DNA of 64,000 nt from Deltaproteobacteria bacterium (GTDB lineage: Bacteria > Myxococcota > Kuafuiibacteriia > Kuafuiibacteriales > Kuafuiibacteriaceae). The translations under genes and the position numbers were made by a program. This document shows, piece after piece, positions 1 through 10,205 of this stretch. The stretch covers positions 192,001-256,000 of the forward strand of contig JAVJQW010000017.1 in NCBI GenBank assembly GCA_040218735.1, given 5' to 3'. How positions within the stretch are numbered: the first letter of the stretch is position 1; each line of letters begins with the position of its first letter. Under the pieces are notes generated by a model. That model saw nothing but the letters and a program-made list of their open reading frames with translations. It was not told the DNA's origin and did no database searches.

Positions 1-507
1 GTTCGACCGTCGCTCACGCACCATCCGCGGCGCGAGGCAGAAGTGGTAGTCCTGGATCCACACCAGGTCGCCCTCGCGCGCCTCCGCGGCGACCGCGTCC
101 GCGAAACGCGCGTTGACGCGCTGGTAGACGTCCCAGTCCTGCTCCTGGAAGTCACACCGGTCGAGCAGGTAGTGACACAGCGGCCAGAGCGCGCGGTTCG
201 CGAAGCCCTGGTAGTACCGCCGCACTTCGCTCTGCGTCAGCGGGACACTTCGGAAGAGGAACGACGGCGCGTCGCCGCCCGGGACGCGCGTGCGCGTGGG
301 CTCCTTCGACTCCGGCTCCCACGCGACCCAGACCCCGTCCTCCTGGGTCATCACCGGCGTCAGCGCGCTGACGAGGCCGCCGGGTTTCTGCACCCAACGC
401 TCGGAGCCGTCCTTCGCCTTCTTGCGCGTGAACGGCTCGCGGTTGCTGACGAGGACGATCCGCGGCCGCGCTTCGGTCACGCGGCGGGGTTCGGACGAAC
501 GCTGCAT
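1..507 (-). CDS. otsA: Trehalose-6-phosphate synthase (GT20), 5' part; runs off the window edge
   Basis: Not in ORF track. Minus-strand translation from ATG 507: MQRSS...IVLVSNREP...PGGLVSAL...YYQGFANRALWPLCHY...YQRVNARFADAV...VWIQDYHF, the typical OtsA N-terminal motifs. Confidence 0.92.
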   Translation of the reverse strand, partial: MQRSSEPRRVTEARPRIVLVSNREPFTRKKAKDGSERWVQKPGGLVSALTPVMTQEDGVWVAWEPESKEPTRTRVPGGDAPSFLFRSVPLTQSEVRRYYQGFANRALWPLCHYLLDRCDFQEQDWDVYQRVNARFADAVAAEAREGDLVWIQDYHFCLAPRMVRERRSN

Positions 508-578
508 CTCGAAGTCGATGGCGTGAGGTACCAGTCTCGTTTGGCGCCACGCAACGGCGTGTGTTTCGATGCCGTGAC

Positions 579-2444
579 ATGGACATCGTCACTGCGATGC
601 GTCTGCTCACCAAGACGTTCGATATCGGCCCCGAGGGCTCGACGCCGCCCCCGGGACTCGACGCGCACGGTCTGATCGGCGACGGCCTCACGTGCGCCCT
701 CGTCCGCGTGGACGGCGCGATCGACTGGCTGTGTTTCCCGCGCTTCGACTCACCGAGTGTCTTCGGCGCCGCGCTCGACGAGGAAGACGGCGGACGCCTC
801 CAGGTCGCACCGAAGCAGCGCCCGTTCACCTCGCGCCAGAAGTACGAACCCGAGACCAACGTGCTCGAGACCCTCTTCGAGGTCCCCGGGCAAGGCGCGG
901 TGCGCATCACCGACTTCATGCCGTGGATGGACGACGACCGCGCGTCCTACCACGAGGTCCACCGACGCATCGAAGGGGTGTCGGGGACCGTGCCGTTGGA
1001 GATCATCTTCGACCCGCGCTTCGACTACGCGCGCACCCGCCCGAACATCGAGCGCAGCCCGCACGGCGCCGTCGCGCGCCACGGCCGCGACACGCTGTGC
1101 CTCGCGCTGCGCGAGGACGTCGCGTCGACGATCGAGGAGCGCAAACAGGGCGGCGTGAAGTTCGAGACGAGCGTGCGCCCCGGCGAGCACCACTGGGTGA
1201 TCGCGTCGTGGGGCGGCCCGACCGTCGCACCGCTCCCGCAGTACCGCGCGTGGGAGCTACTCCGCGCGACGCGTAAGTCGTGGCGCCACTGGATCGCCAA
1301 CGGCTTCTCGTACGAGGGGCCGTGGCGTCACCACGTGATGCGATCGGCGCTCGTGCTGAAGCTCCTCCAGTACGCACCCACGGGCGCGATGGTCGCGGCG
1401 CCGACCACGTCGCTCCCGGAGTGGCTGGGCGGCGAACGCAACTGGGACTACCGCTACGCGTGGACGCGCGACTCCGCGATGAGCGTGCGCTCGATGAACC
1501 GCATCGGCTACGGCCCGGAGGCGCAGCAGTTCTTCCACTTCGTGCGCGACGTGCTCGACACGACGCCACACGTCCCGGTGATGACGACGATCGACGGCGC
1601 GCCGGTGCCCGAAGAAGAGATCCTCGAACACCTCGCGGGCCACCTCGGCTCACGCCCGGTGCGCATCGGCAACGGCGCCAAGTCGCAGACGCAGCTCGAC
1701 TGCAGCGGTTACCTCCTCGACGCCGCGCACGTGTACGAACACACCGGCGGCTCGCTGACGCTGCGCGTGTGGCGGCACCTCGTCGAAGCCGTCGACGAGA
1801 CGTGCCGGCGTTGGTCGGATCCGGACCACGGCATCTGGGAGCCGCGCCGCCCGCCGCGCCACAACGTCCACACGAAGCTCATGGCGTGGGTCACGCTGGA
1901 CCGCGCGCTCGACATCGCGCCGCTGTTCGGCGGCATCGCGCAGGAGGCCACCTGGCGCACCACGCGCGACGCCATCCGGGACGCCATCCGCTCGGAGGGC
2001 ACCACGGCGGACGGGAAGTACTACCGACCGATCCTCGGCGACGGTCACGACGAAGACGTCGACGCCGCGCTCCTCGTGATGAACCGCTACGGCTTCACCG
2101 AGCGCGGCGACCCACGAAACCTCGCCACCATCCGTCACATCCGCGACGTGCTCACGGAGAACGGGTTCATGCGCCGCTACATGAGCAACGACGGCGTGCC
2201 GGGTCACGAGGGTGCGTTTGTACTGTGCGGGTTCTGGCTCGCGGAGGCGCTCGCGCTGGAGGGCGCGATCGACGAAGCGCTCGACGTCTTCAACCGCCAC
2301 ATCGACGCGACGAACCACCTAGGGCTGCTCGCGGAGGAGGTCGACGCCAATACGCTGCAGGGGCTGGGCAACTTCCCGCAGGCCTTCAGCCACCTGGGGC
2401 TGATCGACGCGGCGTACATCCTCAACCGCTCCCTCGAACACTAG
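579..2444 (+). CDS. Glycoside hydrolase family 15 (trehalase/glucoamylase-like)
   Basis: Motifs LIGDG..ALV..DG.IDWLC.PRFDS, AAPTTSLPE..GG.RNWDYRY.W.RD, GIWE.R, LLAEE, GNFPQAFSH. Divergent from otsA. Start ATG 579 or 597. Confidence 0.93.
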   Translation: MDIVTAMRLLTKTFDIGPEGSTPPPGLDAHGLIGDGLTCALVRVDGAIDWLCFPRFDSPSVFGAALDEEDGGRLQVAPKQRPFTSRQKYEPETNVLETLFEVPGQGAVRITDFMPWMDDDRASYHEVHRRIEGVSGTVPLEIIFDPRFDYARTRPNIERSPHGAVARHGRDTLCLALREDVASTIEERKQGGVKFETSVRPGEHHWVIASWGGPTVAPLPQYRAWELLRATRKSWRHWIANGFSYEGPWRHHVMRSALVLKLLQYAPTGAMVAAPTTSLPEWLGGERNWDYRYAWTRDSAMSVRSMNRIGYGPEAQQFFHFVRDVLDTTPHVPVMTTIDGAPVPEEEILEHLAGHLGSRPVRIGNGAKSQTQLDCSGYLLDAAHVYEHTGGSLTLRVWRHLVEAVDETCRRWSDPDHGIWEPRRPPRHNVHTKLMAWVTLDRALDIAPLFGGIAQEATWRTTRDAIRDAIRSEGTTADGKYYRPILGDGHDEDVDAALLVMNRYGFTERGDPRNLATIRHIRDVLTENGFMRRYMSNDGVPGHEGAFVLCGFWLAEALALEGAIDEALDVFNRHIDATNHLGLLAEEVDANTLQGLGNFPQAFSHLGLIDAAYILNRSLEH

Positions 2445-2530
2445 AAGACGGCGAGGAGGGCGCCGAGCGCGAGCGCGAGTCCGACGTCGAAGGCCATCCA
2501 GCCGAGCGAGCGGTTGCGGAGGTCGATCAT
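2441..2530 (-). CDS. Putative 29-aa small membrane peptide (MIDLRNRSLGWMAFDVGLALALGALLAVF)
   Basis: Nearly all codons end in G/C, one hydrophobic helix, sigma54-like element 14 nt upstream of the ATG, stop overlaps the GH15 stop (CTAG). Confidence 0.55.
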   Translation of the reverse strand: MIDLRNRSLGWMAFDVGLALALGALLAVF

Positions 2531-2542
2531 GCCCGTGACCAA

Positions 2543-2558
2543 CGCACGGCGTGTGCCA
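2543..2558 (-). promoter_or_regulatory. sigma54-type -24/-12 element
   Basis: Minus strand TGGCACACGCCGTGCG = GG-N10-GC. A perfect palindrome CGTGTCATGACACG lies upstream at 2591-2604. Confidence 0.55.
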
Positions 2559-2648
2559 GCCTGAATCACGCGTCCGCGGCGATTCGACGCCGTGTCATGA
2601 CACGACGGTCGTGACACAGCGACACAAAGCCCGGACACGCTTCGACGC

Positions 2649-4157
2649 TCAGCGCACCTGTTGCAGCAACCAGCCGTAGATGTCGTGGCCCGCGGACAGA
2701 TCGTAGGTCTGTGTCCACGAGTCGTGCGGGACGCCCGGGTAGGTGGTGAGGATGGCGTCGTCGCGCACCGGGCACGCGATGAGGTTGTTCATCGCCTGGA
2801 TGGTGCCCTGCGGGCTGACGACGGTGTCGCCCGTCCCGTGGAAGCCCCAGATCGCGACCGCGCCCAATGCGCAACCTGCGTTGCTGAACGCGTTGCGTCC
2901 GTCGCCCGCGATGAGCACCGCGCCCGCGACCTGACTGTCGAGGTGCACGCCGAGGTAGTTCCACGAGCCGATCGCGCCACAGCTCAGGCCGGTCAGGTGC
3001 ACGCGGTTGGGGTCGACGTTGTAGTTACTGACCGCCCACGCGATGAACGACTGGATCTCCGAAACGCCGGGGCAGCCACCGCCGGGGTGCTGCGGGGACA
3101 GCACGACCCACGGCCGGCTGTTCGGCCACTGGTCGTCGTCGATCAAACGCGGCGGGCCGTTCACGAGGACGCGGAAGAGGTCCGTCGATCCGTTCCCGTT
3201 CTCACCGACGCCGTGCCAGAAGACCATCAGCGGGTACGGCGCGCCCGACGCGTTGTAGTTCGGCGGGAGGTACTCGTAGAAGCCGTTGCCCGCGCCGGTG
3301 GTACCGAGGGGGCGCGCCGTGTGTCGCGTCGATGAGTTGCCGCCGCCGACCATGCCGCCGTCCCGCGGGCCACCGACGCCGCCGTCGAAGGACGAGCTGC
3401 CGATCGCGGGGATTGCAGTCTCCGCTTGGGAGGGGCTCGACCACAACAGGCGAATCACCGCGTCGAAGCCGGAGTCGTAGTACTCGAGCCGGATGTCGTA
3501 GGTCTGACCGGCCGTGAGCATCATCGTGCCGGTGTCGCGGGTGACACCGTGGTCGGTCCAGTTGTCGATGACCGCGTTGCCGTTGACGAAGAGGCGCACG
3601 CCGTCGTCCGACTCGGTGATGAACGTGTAGGTCTCCGAGTAGTCGGCCTGCACCGTCGCGGTCCAACGGATGGAGAAGTTGTCGACCGGGACGCCGGGCT
3701 GCGGCGAGCCCGCGCCCCAGTTGAAGTCGATGAACGCATCCTGGCGCGTCTCGATCGGCGAGCCGCCGAGCGCGGTGCCGAGGTAGACCTGCCCGTTGAA
3801 GAGCGCCTGGACCCCGCCGTCTCGCATGTTCTGCGGACCACCGTCGCGCGGGGGTTGCACACCACCGTCGCGCGGACCGGCGTCACGCACCGGGCCGGCG
3901 TCACGCGGCGGACCACCGTCGCGCGGCGGGCCGGCGTCGCGGTTGGGATCGAAGCCACCGTCGCGCGGCACGCCGCCGTCGGTGAAGCCCGCGTCGACGT
4001 TCGGGCCCCCGTCGCGCGGCACGGCCGGGCCGCCGTCGCGGTCGCCGGGCAGGATGATGATCTTGCCGCCGCCTCCGTCCCGAGCGTCGCCGTCTACGTC
4101 ACCCGCGCACCCCACGAACAGGAGACACGCCACCGCGATCGAGAACCGAACGGACAT
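2649..4157 (-). CDS. Lipoprotein: RDGG-repeat linker + PA14 domain + C-terminal alpha/beta hydrolase
   Basis: Lipobox LLFVGC; PA14 motifs IDFNWG, NFSIRW, SDDGVRLFVNG, IDNWTDH; hydrolase GLSCGA, HG..D, H.SW. Start reassigned to ATG 4157. Confidence 0.85.
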   Translation of the reverse strand: MSVRFSIAVACLLFVGCAGDVDGDARDGGGGKIIILPGDRDGGPAVPRDGGPNVDAGFTDGGVPRDGGFDPNRDAGPPRDGGPPRDAGPVRDAGPRDGGVQPPRDGGPQNMRDGGVQALFNGQVYLGTALGGSPIETRQDAFIDFNWGAGSPQPGVPVDNFSIRWTATVQADYSETYTFITESDDGVRLFVNGNAVIDNWTDHGVTRDTGTMMLTAGQTYDIRLEYYDSGFDAVIRLLWSSPSQAETAIPAIGSSSFDGGVGGPRDGGMVGGGNSSTRHTARPLGTTGAGNGFYEYLPPNYNASGAPYPLMVFWHGVGENGNGSTDLFRVLVNGPPRLIDDDQWPNSRPWVVLSPQHPGGGCPGVSEIQSFIAWAVSNYNVDPNRVHLTGLSCGAIGSWNYLGVHLDSQVAGAVLIAGDGRNAFSNAGCALGAVAIWGFHGTGDTVVSPQGTIQAMNNLIACPVRDDAILTTYPGVPHDSWTQTYDLSAGHDIYGWLLQQVR

Positions 4158-4204
4158 CGCTCGGCATTGTCCACACATTCGCCTCTGCGACCAAGCTCGG
4201 GAGG

Positions 4205-4408
4205 TTACTCGAACGCCTTCTTCGCCTTGTCGAGCGCATCCCCCGCGGCATCCATGGTCTTCCCGACGGCGTTCCGCTCCCAGTAGAAACACAGCGGCCC
4301 CGCCTCGGCCTTGCAGTCGGTGCCGACATCGTCCGCCTGCGAACGACCGACCACGCCCCACGACAGGACCGCGAGCAACACGAACAACACCAACGCGACC
4401 TTCTTCAT
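4205..4408 (-). CDS. Small secreted hypothetical protein (67 aa)
   Basis: Signal peptide MKKVALVLFVLLAVLSW, AGGAG RBS, two Cys. Confidence 0.7.
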   Translation of the reverse strand: MKKVALVLFVLLAVLSWGVVGRSQADDVGTDCKAEAGPLCFYWERNAVGKTMDAAGDALDKAKKAFE

Positions 4409-4415
4409 GACGCTC

Positions 4416-6065
4416 CTACTTGGCGCGCTCCGTCAGCCAACCGACGAGGTCCTTCAGCACCTCCGGCGACCACCGACGCCCACGATCCGCGTACGCCTCG
4501 AGCGTGGACGGCCCGGGCGTCGACTTCATCAGGTGATCGACGTCCGCGAACACGAACAGCTTCGCCTGACGACGCTTCCGCTTGTTGATCGCCTTCTCCA
4601 TCGCCTGCGCGTCGTCCTTCCACGAAGTCTCGAAGTCCTTCAGCCCCTGGAACACCGCGATCGGCTCTTCGACCTTCACCAGCTCACCGTCGACGTTCAA
4701 CTTCGACGCGCTCATCACGCGCCCCTGCGCCTCGCGGTACAACGCCACGATGCGCTGCGGGACCTGCGTCTCCGCAGCCGCGCTCCCGGAGAACAACGAC
4801 AACAGCACGTTCATTCTCCGCACCGCTTCGTCCGGCTTCGTGTCGTGTAGCTTCACCTCGCGCTCGGCGAGCACCTCGGGCACCGCGCGATAGGGCGTCG
4901 ACACGAGCACCAACCCCGCGAGCTCGACACGCTGCGCGACGAGGATCGCCTCGATCGCACCGAAGCCGTGCCCGATGACGAACAGCTTCTCCGGGTCCAC
5001 GCCCTTCTGCCGCTTCAGGAAGTCGAGCATCGCCTCCGCGTCGGACGCGCGCTGCTGCACGGTGACCTTCGACGGCTCGATGTCCGTCCGCGACGTCCCG
5101 ACGCCGCGATCGTCGAGGCGCAACACCGCGAAGCCCTCCTCCGCGAGGTGGTCGAACAGCTCCCACCGACCGTAGTCGACGGTGTGTCCGAAGCCGTGGC
5201 GGTTCGTCGCCGGCAGATCACCGAGCACCACCACGCCGGGCGCCAGCCCGTTCGACCAGCGCGCGCGGAGCGTCGGCACCGACAACACGCCGGCGTAACG
5301 ACCCTGCTCCACGTCGACGAGCACCTCGCGGTCCTCCCACGTCGCGGAGCGCGGGCGCTCGTAGCTCGCGGGTTGCGGCACGGGGAGCAGGCGCGGCGGA
5401 TCACTCGGCTTCGCCTCCAGCACGTACTTGCTCCCGTCGGCGCGCTCGAACGTCTTCACGTAACCGCGCGCGTCGAACGTCGCCTTGCCGCCCGGGAGCT
5501 GCACGACGGTGTTGCGGCTCGCGTCCGCGAAGACCTGCACGGGGACCGCCTCGGGTTCACCGGTCGACGGGATCCAGGTCGCGATCTTCCCGCTCTGGCC
5601 GGGCTCGAGCCCCGACTGACGCACCGCCGCGGCGATCGCGAGGAGGTCGTCACGACCGAGCATCAACGCACGCGACGCCACGTCGTACGGGACCTTCCGC
5701 TGCGCGATGTCGGTGATGATGCTGAGGAAACCGTCACGCGCCGCGACCTGCAGACGCCCCTCCACCGAGGACAGCCGCTTGTACGCGAGGAGTGATCCGT
5801 CCTCGCGCGTCGTCGTCGCGTACTCGACCGTCGCCGCGGCCGGGTCGCCGTAGGCCACGCGCGTCACGAGCTCGAGGCGCCCGTCACCGCGGGACACGCG
5901 GCCGTGCGCGCGACCGAGCGTACGCCCGGCGCCGTCCTGCAGGACGTACGTGACGACGTCCCCGTCCGCGAACGCCTCCCCGCCCGACGCGGGCTTCACG
6001 TCGACGTCCGGCGTGCTGCCTCCGCACGCGAAGAGAACAGAACAGGCGATCGGCAAGTAGCGCAT
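4416..6065 (-). CDS. Lipoprotein with alpha/beta hydrolase fold; nucleophile elbow reads GHGFG (no Ser)
   Basis: Lipobox VLFACG; motifs LRLDDRGVGTS, GHGFGA, FQGLKD, VDHL. TGATG overlap with the upstream gene. Confidence 0.8.
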   Translation of the reverse strand: MRYLPIACSVLFACGGSTPDVDVKPASGGEAFADGDVVTYVLQDGAGRTLGRAHGRVSRGDGRLELVTRVAYGDPAAATVEYATTTREDGSLLAYKRLSSVEGRLQVAARDGFLSIITDIAQRKVPYDVASRALMLGRDDLLAIAAAVRQSGLEPGQSGKIATWIPSTGEPEAVPVQVFADASRNTVVQLPGGKATFDARGYVKTFERADGSKYVLEAKPSDPPRLLPVPQPASYERPRSATWEDREVLVDVEQGRYAGVLSVPTLRARWSNGLAPGVVVLGDLPATNRHGFGHTVDYGRWELFDHLAEEGFAVLRLDDRGVGTSRTDIEPSKVTVQQRASDAEAMLDFLKRQKGVDPEKLFVIGHGFGAIEAILVAQRVELAGLVLVSTPYRAVPEVLAEREVKLHDTKPDEAVRRMNVLLSLFSGSAAAETQVPQRIVALYREAQGRVMSASKLNVDGELVKVEEPIAVFQGLKDFETSWKDDAQAMEKAINKRKRRQAKLFVFADVDHLMKSTPGPSTLEAYADRGRRWSPEVLKDLVGWLTERAK

Positions 6066-6916
6066 CAGTACTGATAGAAACCGCGTCCGGACTTCTTGCC
6101 CAGCCACCCGGCGTCGACGTACCGCCTCAGCAGCGGCGCCGGCCTATACTTGCTGTCCCCGAGCCCCGCGTGCAGCACCTCCATGATGGAGAGGCACGTG
6201 TCGAGGCCGATGAAGTCGGCGAGCTGAAGCGGCCCCATCGGCTGGTTCGTCCCGAGCTTCATGCCGGTGTCGATGTCCTCCGGCGTGCCGAGCCCTTCCT
6301 GCAGCGCGACGACCGCTTCGTTGATCATCGGCATCAGGATCCGGTTCACGATGAACCCCGGCTGATCGTCGGCCTTCACCGTCGTCTTGCCGAGCTTCTC
6401 CGCGAGCGTGCGCGTCTCCTGCAGCGTGATCTCGCTGGTCTGAAGCCCCGGGATGATCTCCACGAGCTTCATCACCGGCACCGGGTTCATGAAGTGCATC
6501 CCGATGAAGCGGTCCGGCGACTTCGTCGACGCCGCGAGCCGAGTGATCGAGATCGACGACGTGTTCGAAGCGAGGATCGCGGAGTCCTTCACGACCCCGT
6601 CCACCGCCTGGAACACCTTCTTCTTCACGGCCTCCTTCTCGGTGACCGCCTCGACCACGAAGTCGACCTCCGCGAGCCCCTCGATCGACGCCGCGCCGCT
6701 CACGCGCGCGAGGATGTCCGACTGATCGTTCGCCGTGAGCCGACCCTTCGACACCAGCCGATCCAACCCGGACCGAATCTTCTCGATGCCCGACTCGACC
6801 GCGGCCTCGTCCACGTCACACAGCACCACGCGCAAGCCAGCTTGCGCGCTCACCTGCGCGATCCCCGCACCCATCTGGCCGGCGCCGATGACGCCGATCC
6901 GCTCGATCCCCGCCAC
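6065..6916 (-). CDS. hbd: 3-hydroxybutyryl-CoA dehydrogenase
   Basis: GVIGAGQMGAGIAQ, ASNTSSISIT, GMHFMNPVPVMKLVE, PMGPLQLADFIGLD. Confidence 0.93.
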   Translation of the reverse strand: MAGIERIGVIGAGQMGAGIAQVSAQAGLRVVLCDVDEAAVESGIEKIRSGLDRLVSKGRLTANDQSDILARVSGAASIEGLAEVDFVVEAVTEKEAVKKKVFQAVDGVVKDSAILASNTSSISITRLAASTKSPDRFIGMHFMNPVPVMKLVEIIPGLQTSEITLQETRTLAEKLGKTTVKADDQPGFIVNRILMPMINEAVVALQEGLGTPEDIDTGMKLGTNQPMGPLQLADFIGLDTCLSIMEVLHAGLGDSKYRPAPLLRRYVDAGWLGKKSGRGFYQY

Positions 6917-6919
6917 GAA

Positions 6920-8095
<1,176 letters not shown>

Positions 8096-8105
8096 TGTGC
8101 GCCGC

Positions 8106-8134
8106 AATATCCGAGCGCTCCGAGGCCTTGTCAA
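8106..8134 (-). promoter_or_regulatory. sigma70-type promoter for the thiolase operon
   Basis: TTGACA-N17-GATATT on the minus strand, 10 nt before the ATG. Confidence 0.5.
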
Positions 8135-8511
8135 CGTCGATCGGAACGTCGGTCGAGCGCGGCGAGCTCCGCTTCCGAGAAGACGCGCGAACGCGTGAGG
8201 AACCGCATCCCGGTGGGTGACTCCAGCGAAAAGCCCGCGCCGCGGCCCGGGACGGCGTCCAACACGAGCTGCGTGTGGCGCCACCGTTCGAACTGCGCGC
8301 CGCCGATGTAGACGGGGGTGTCCTCGATCGCACCGAGGAGCACGTCGCGCTCGCCGATCTTGAACTCACCCTCGGGGAAACACATCGGCGCGCTGCCGTC
8401 GCAGCACCCGCCCGACTGGTGAAAGATCAGCGCACCGTGCCGCGCGCGGAGCCGAGCGATCAGCTCGCGCGCGGCGTCGGTCGCGACCACCCTACGGAGG
8501 TCTGTCGCCAC
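8131..8511 (-). CDS. DUF779 family protein
   Basis: FHQSGGCCDGSAPMC and GRGAGFSLE..G.RF motifs; TAGTG overlap with the aldehyde dehydrogenase gene. Confidence 0.88.
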   Translation of the reverse strand: MATDLRRVVATDAARELIARLRARHGALIFHQSGGCCDGSAPMCFPEGEFKIGERDVLLGAIEDTPVYIGGAQFERWRHTQLVLDAVPGRGAGFSLESPTGMRFLTRSRVFSEAELAALDRRSDRR

Positions 8512-10031
8512 TAGAAGAAGCCCATCGGCTTGGCCGCGTAGCTCACCAGGAGGTTCTTGGTGCGCTGGTAGTGACCGAGCATCATCTTGTGGTTCTCGCG
8601 ACCGATCCCCGACTGCTTGTAACCACCGAAGGCCGCGTGCGCGGGGTACAGGTGGTAACAGTTGGTCCACACACGACCCGCTTCGACGGCGCGTCCGACG
8701 CGGTACGCGGTGTTCGTGTCGCGGGTCCACACGCCGGCGCCGAGGCCGTACAACGTGTCGTTGGCGATGCGGATGGCGTCGTCGGTGTCGTCGAACGAAG
8801 TGACCGAGACGACCGGGCCGAAGATCTCCTCCTGGAAGATGCGCATGTCGTTCGTGCCTTCGAACACCGTCGGCTGCACGTAGTAGCCGCCGGCGAGGTC
8901 ACCCGACAGCTCGGCGCGCGCGCCGCCCATCAGGACCTTGGCCCCCTCCTGCTTCCCGAGCTCGAGGTACGAGAGGATCTTCATGAGCTGATCGTTCGAC
9001 GCCTGCGCGCCGACCGTAGTGTTCGGATCCAGCGGGTTGCCCGGCACGTGTTTCTTCGCGCGCTCCACCGCCTTGGCGACGAACTCGGCGTAGAAGCTCT
9101 TCTGGACGAGCGCGCGCGACGGACACGTGCAGACCTCCCCCTGGTTGAGCGCAAACATGCCGAAGCCCTCGAGGCTCTTCTCGGCGAAGTCGTCGTCCTT
9201 CGCGAAGACGTCGTCGAAGAAGATGTTGGGTGACTTGCCCCCGAGCTCCAGCGTCACGGGGATCAGATTCTCCGACGCGTACTGCATGATCAGTCGCCCC
9301 GTCGTGGTCTCGCCCGTGAACGCGATCTTCGCGATCCGGTTCGAGGTCGCGAGCGGCTTTCCGGCTTCCACGCCAAAGCCGTTGACCACGTTCAGCACCC
9401 CCGGCGGGAGCAGGTCCCCCACCAGCTGCATCAACTTCAGGATGGTCGCCGGCGTCTGCTCCGCCGGCTTCAGCACGACCGCGTTCCCCGCGGCGAGCGC
9501 GGGCGCGAGCTTCCACGCCGCCATCAGGAGCGGGAAGTTCCACGGGATGATCTGGCCGACCACGCCGAGCGGCTCGTGGAAGTGGTACGCCACCGTGTCG
9601 TCGTCGAGCTCGGAGAGCGAACCCTCCTGCCCGCGGATGCAGCCCGCGAAGTAGCGGAAGTGATCGACGGTCAGCGGGAGGTCCGCCGCGAGCGTCTCGC
9701 GGACCGGCTTGCCGTTGTCCCAGGTCTCGGCGATCGCGAGCGCCTCGAGGTTGTCCTCGATGCGTTGCGCGATCTTCTCGAGGATGTTCGCGCGCTCGGT
9801 GACGGACGTCTTGCCCCACGAAGTCTTCGCGCGGTGCGCCGCTTCGATCGCGCTCTCGATGTCCCGATGATCGGAACGCGGGATCTCACAGAACGCCTGC
9901 CCGGTGACCGGCGTGATGTTCTCGAAGTACTGACCGCCCGCGGGCGCGACCCACTCCCCGCCGATGTAGTTGGCGTAGCGCGCGTCGAAGTCGACCTTGG
10001 ATCCGTTCTGATTGGGTGGTGTGTAGCTCAT
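8511..10031 (-). CDS. NAD-dependent aldehyde dehydrogenase (AldB/ExaC-like)
   Basis: [42 protein letters not shown]; GGAGG RBS. Confidence 0.95.
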   Translation of the reverse strand: MSYTPPNQNGSKVDFDARYANYIGGEWVAPAGGQYFENITPVTGQAFCEIPRSDHRDIESAIEAAHRAKTSWGKTSVTERANILEKIAQRIEDNLEALAIAETWDNGKPVRETLAADLPLTVDHFRYFAGCIRGQEGSLSELDDDTVAYHFHEPLGVVGQIIPWNFPLLMAAWKLAPALAAGNAVVLKPAEQTPATILKLMQLVGDLLPPGVLNVVNGFGVEAGKPLATSNRIAKIAFTGETTTGRLIMQYASENLIPVTLELGGKSPNIFFDDVFAKDDDFAEKSLEGFGMFALNQGEVCTCPSRALVQKSFYAEFVAKAVERAKKHVPGNPLDPNTTVGAQASNDQLMKILSYLELGKQEGAKVLMGGARAELSGDLAGGYYVQPTVFEGTNDMRIFQEEIFGPVVSVTSFDDTDDAIRIANDTLYGLGAGVWTRDTNTAYRVGRAVEAGRVWTNCYHLYPAHAAFGGYKQSGIGRENHKMMLGHYQRTKNLLVSYAAKPMGFF

Positions 10032-10055
10032 GGTGCCTCCTGAGCGCAGCCCTAG

Positions 10056-10071
10056 AGCAACCGGCGTTCCA
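10056..10071 (-). promoter_or_regulatory. sigma54 promoter of the aldehyde dehydrogenase operon
   Basis: TGGAACGCCGGTTGCT (GG-N10-GC with TTGC). Candidate activator site TGTAGCG-TTT-CGCTGCA at 10103-10119. A divergent bEBP gene is adjacent. Confidence 0.8.
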
Positions 10072-10205
10072 CTCGATGGAACGGTCGGCTCTCCCGATGA
10101 CCTGTAGCGTTTCGCTGCAACTGCTTCGACGCGATACGTAGCGGCGCTTCAGCCGCGTCAGCGCCGGTTGCGGAGGGCTCCGCGTGCGTGGTTTCTTGAA
10201 GCGAC

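Noticed and set aside
10103-10119. AcoR-like activator as regulator of the TTGC-N7/8-GCAA cassette
   Set aside because: Its adjacent candidate site (TGTAGCG-TTT-CGCTGCA) differs in sequence and spacing; it is better explained as the local activator of the aldehyde dehydrogenase operon.
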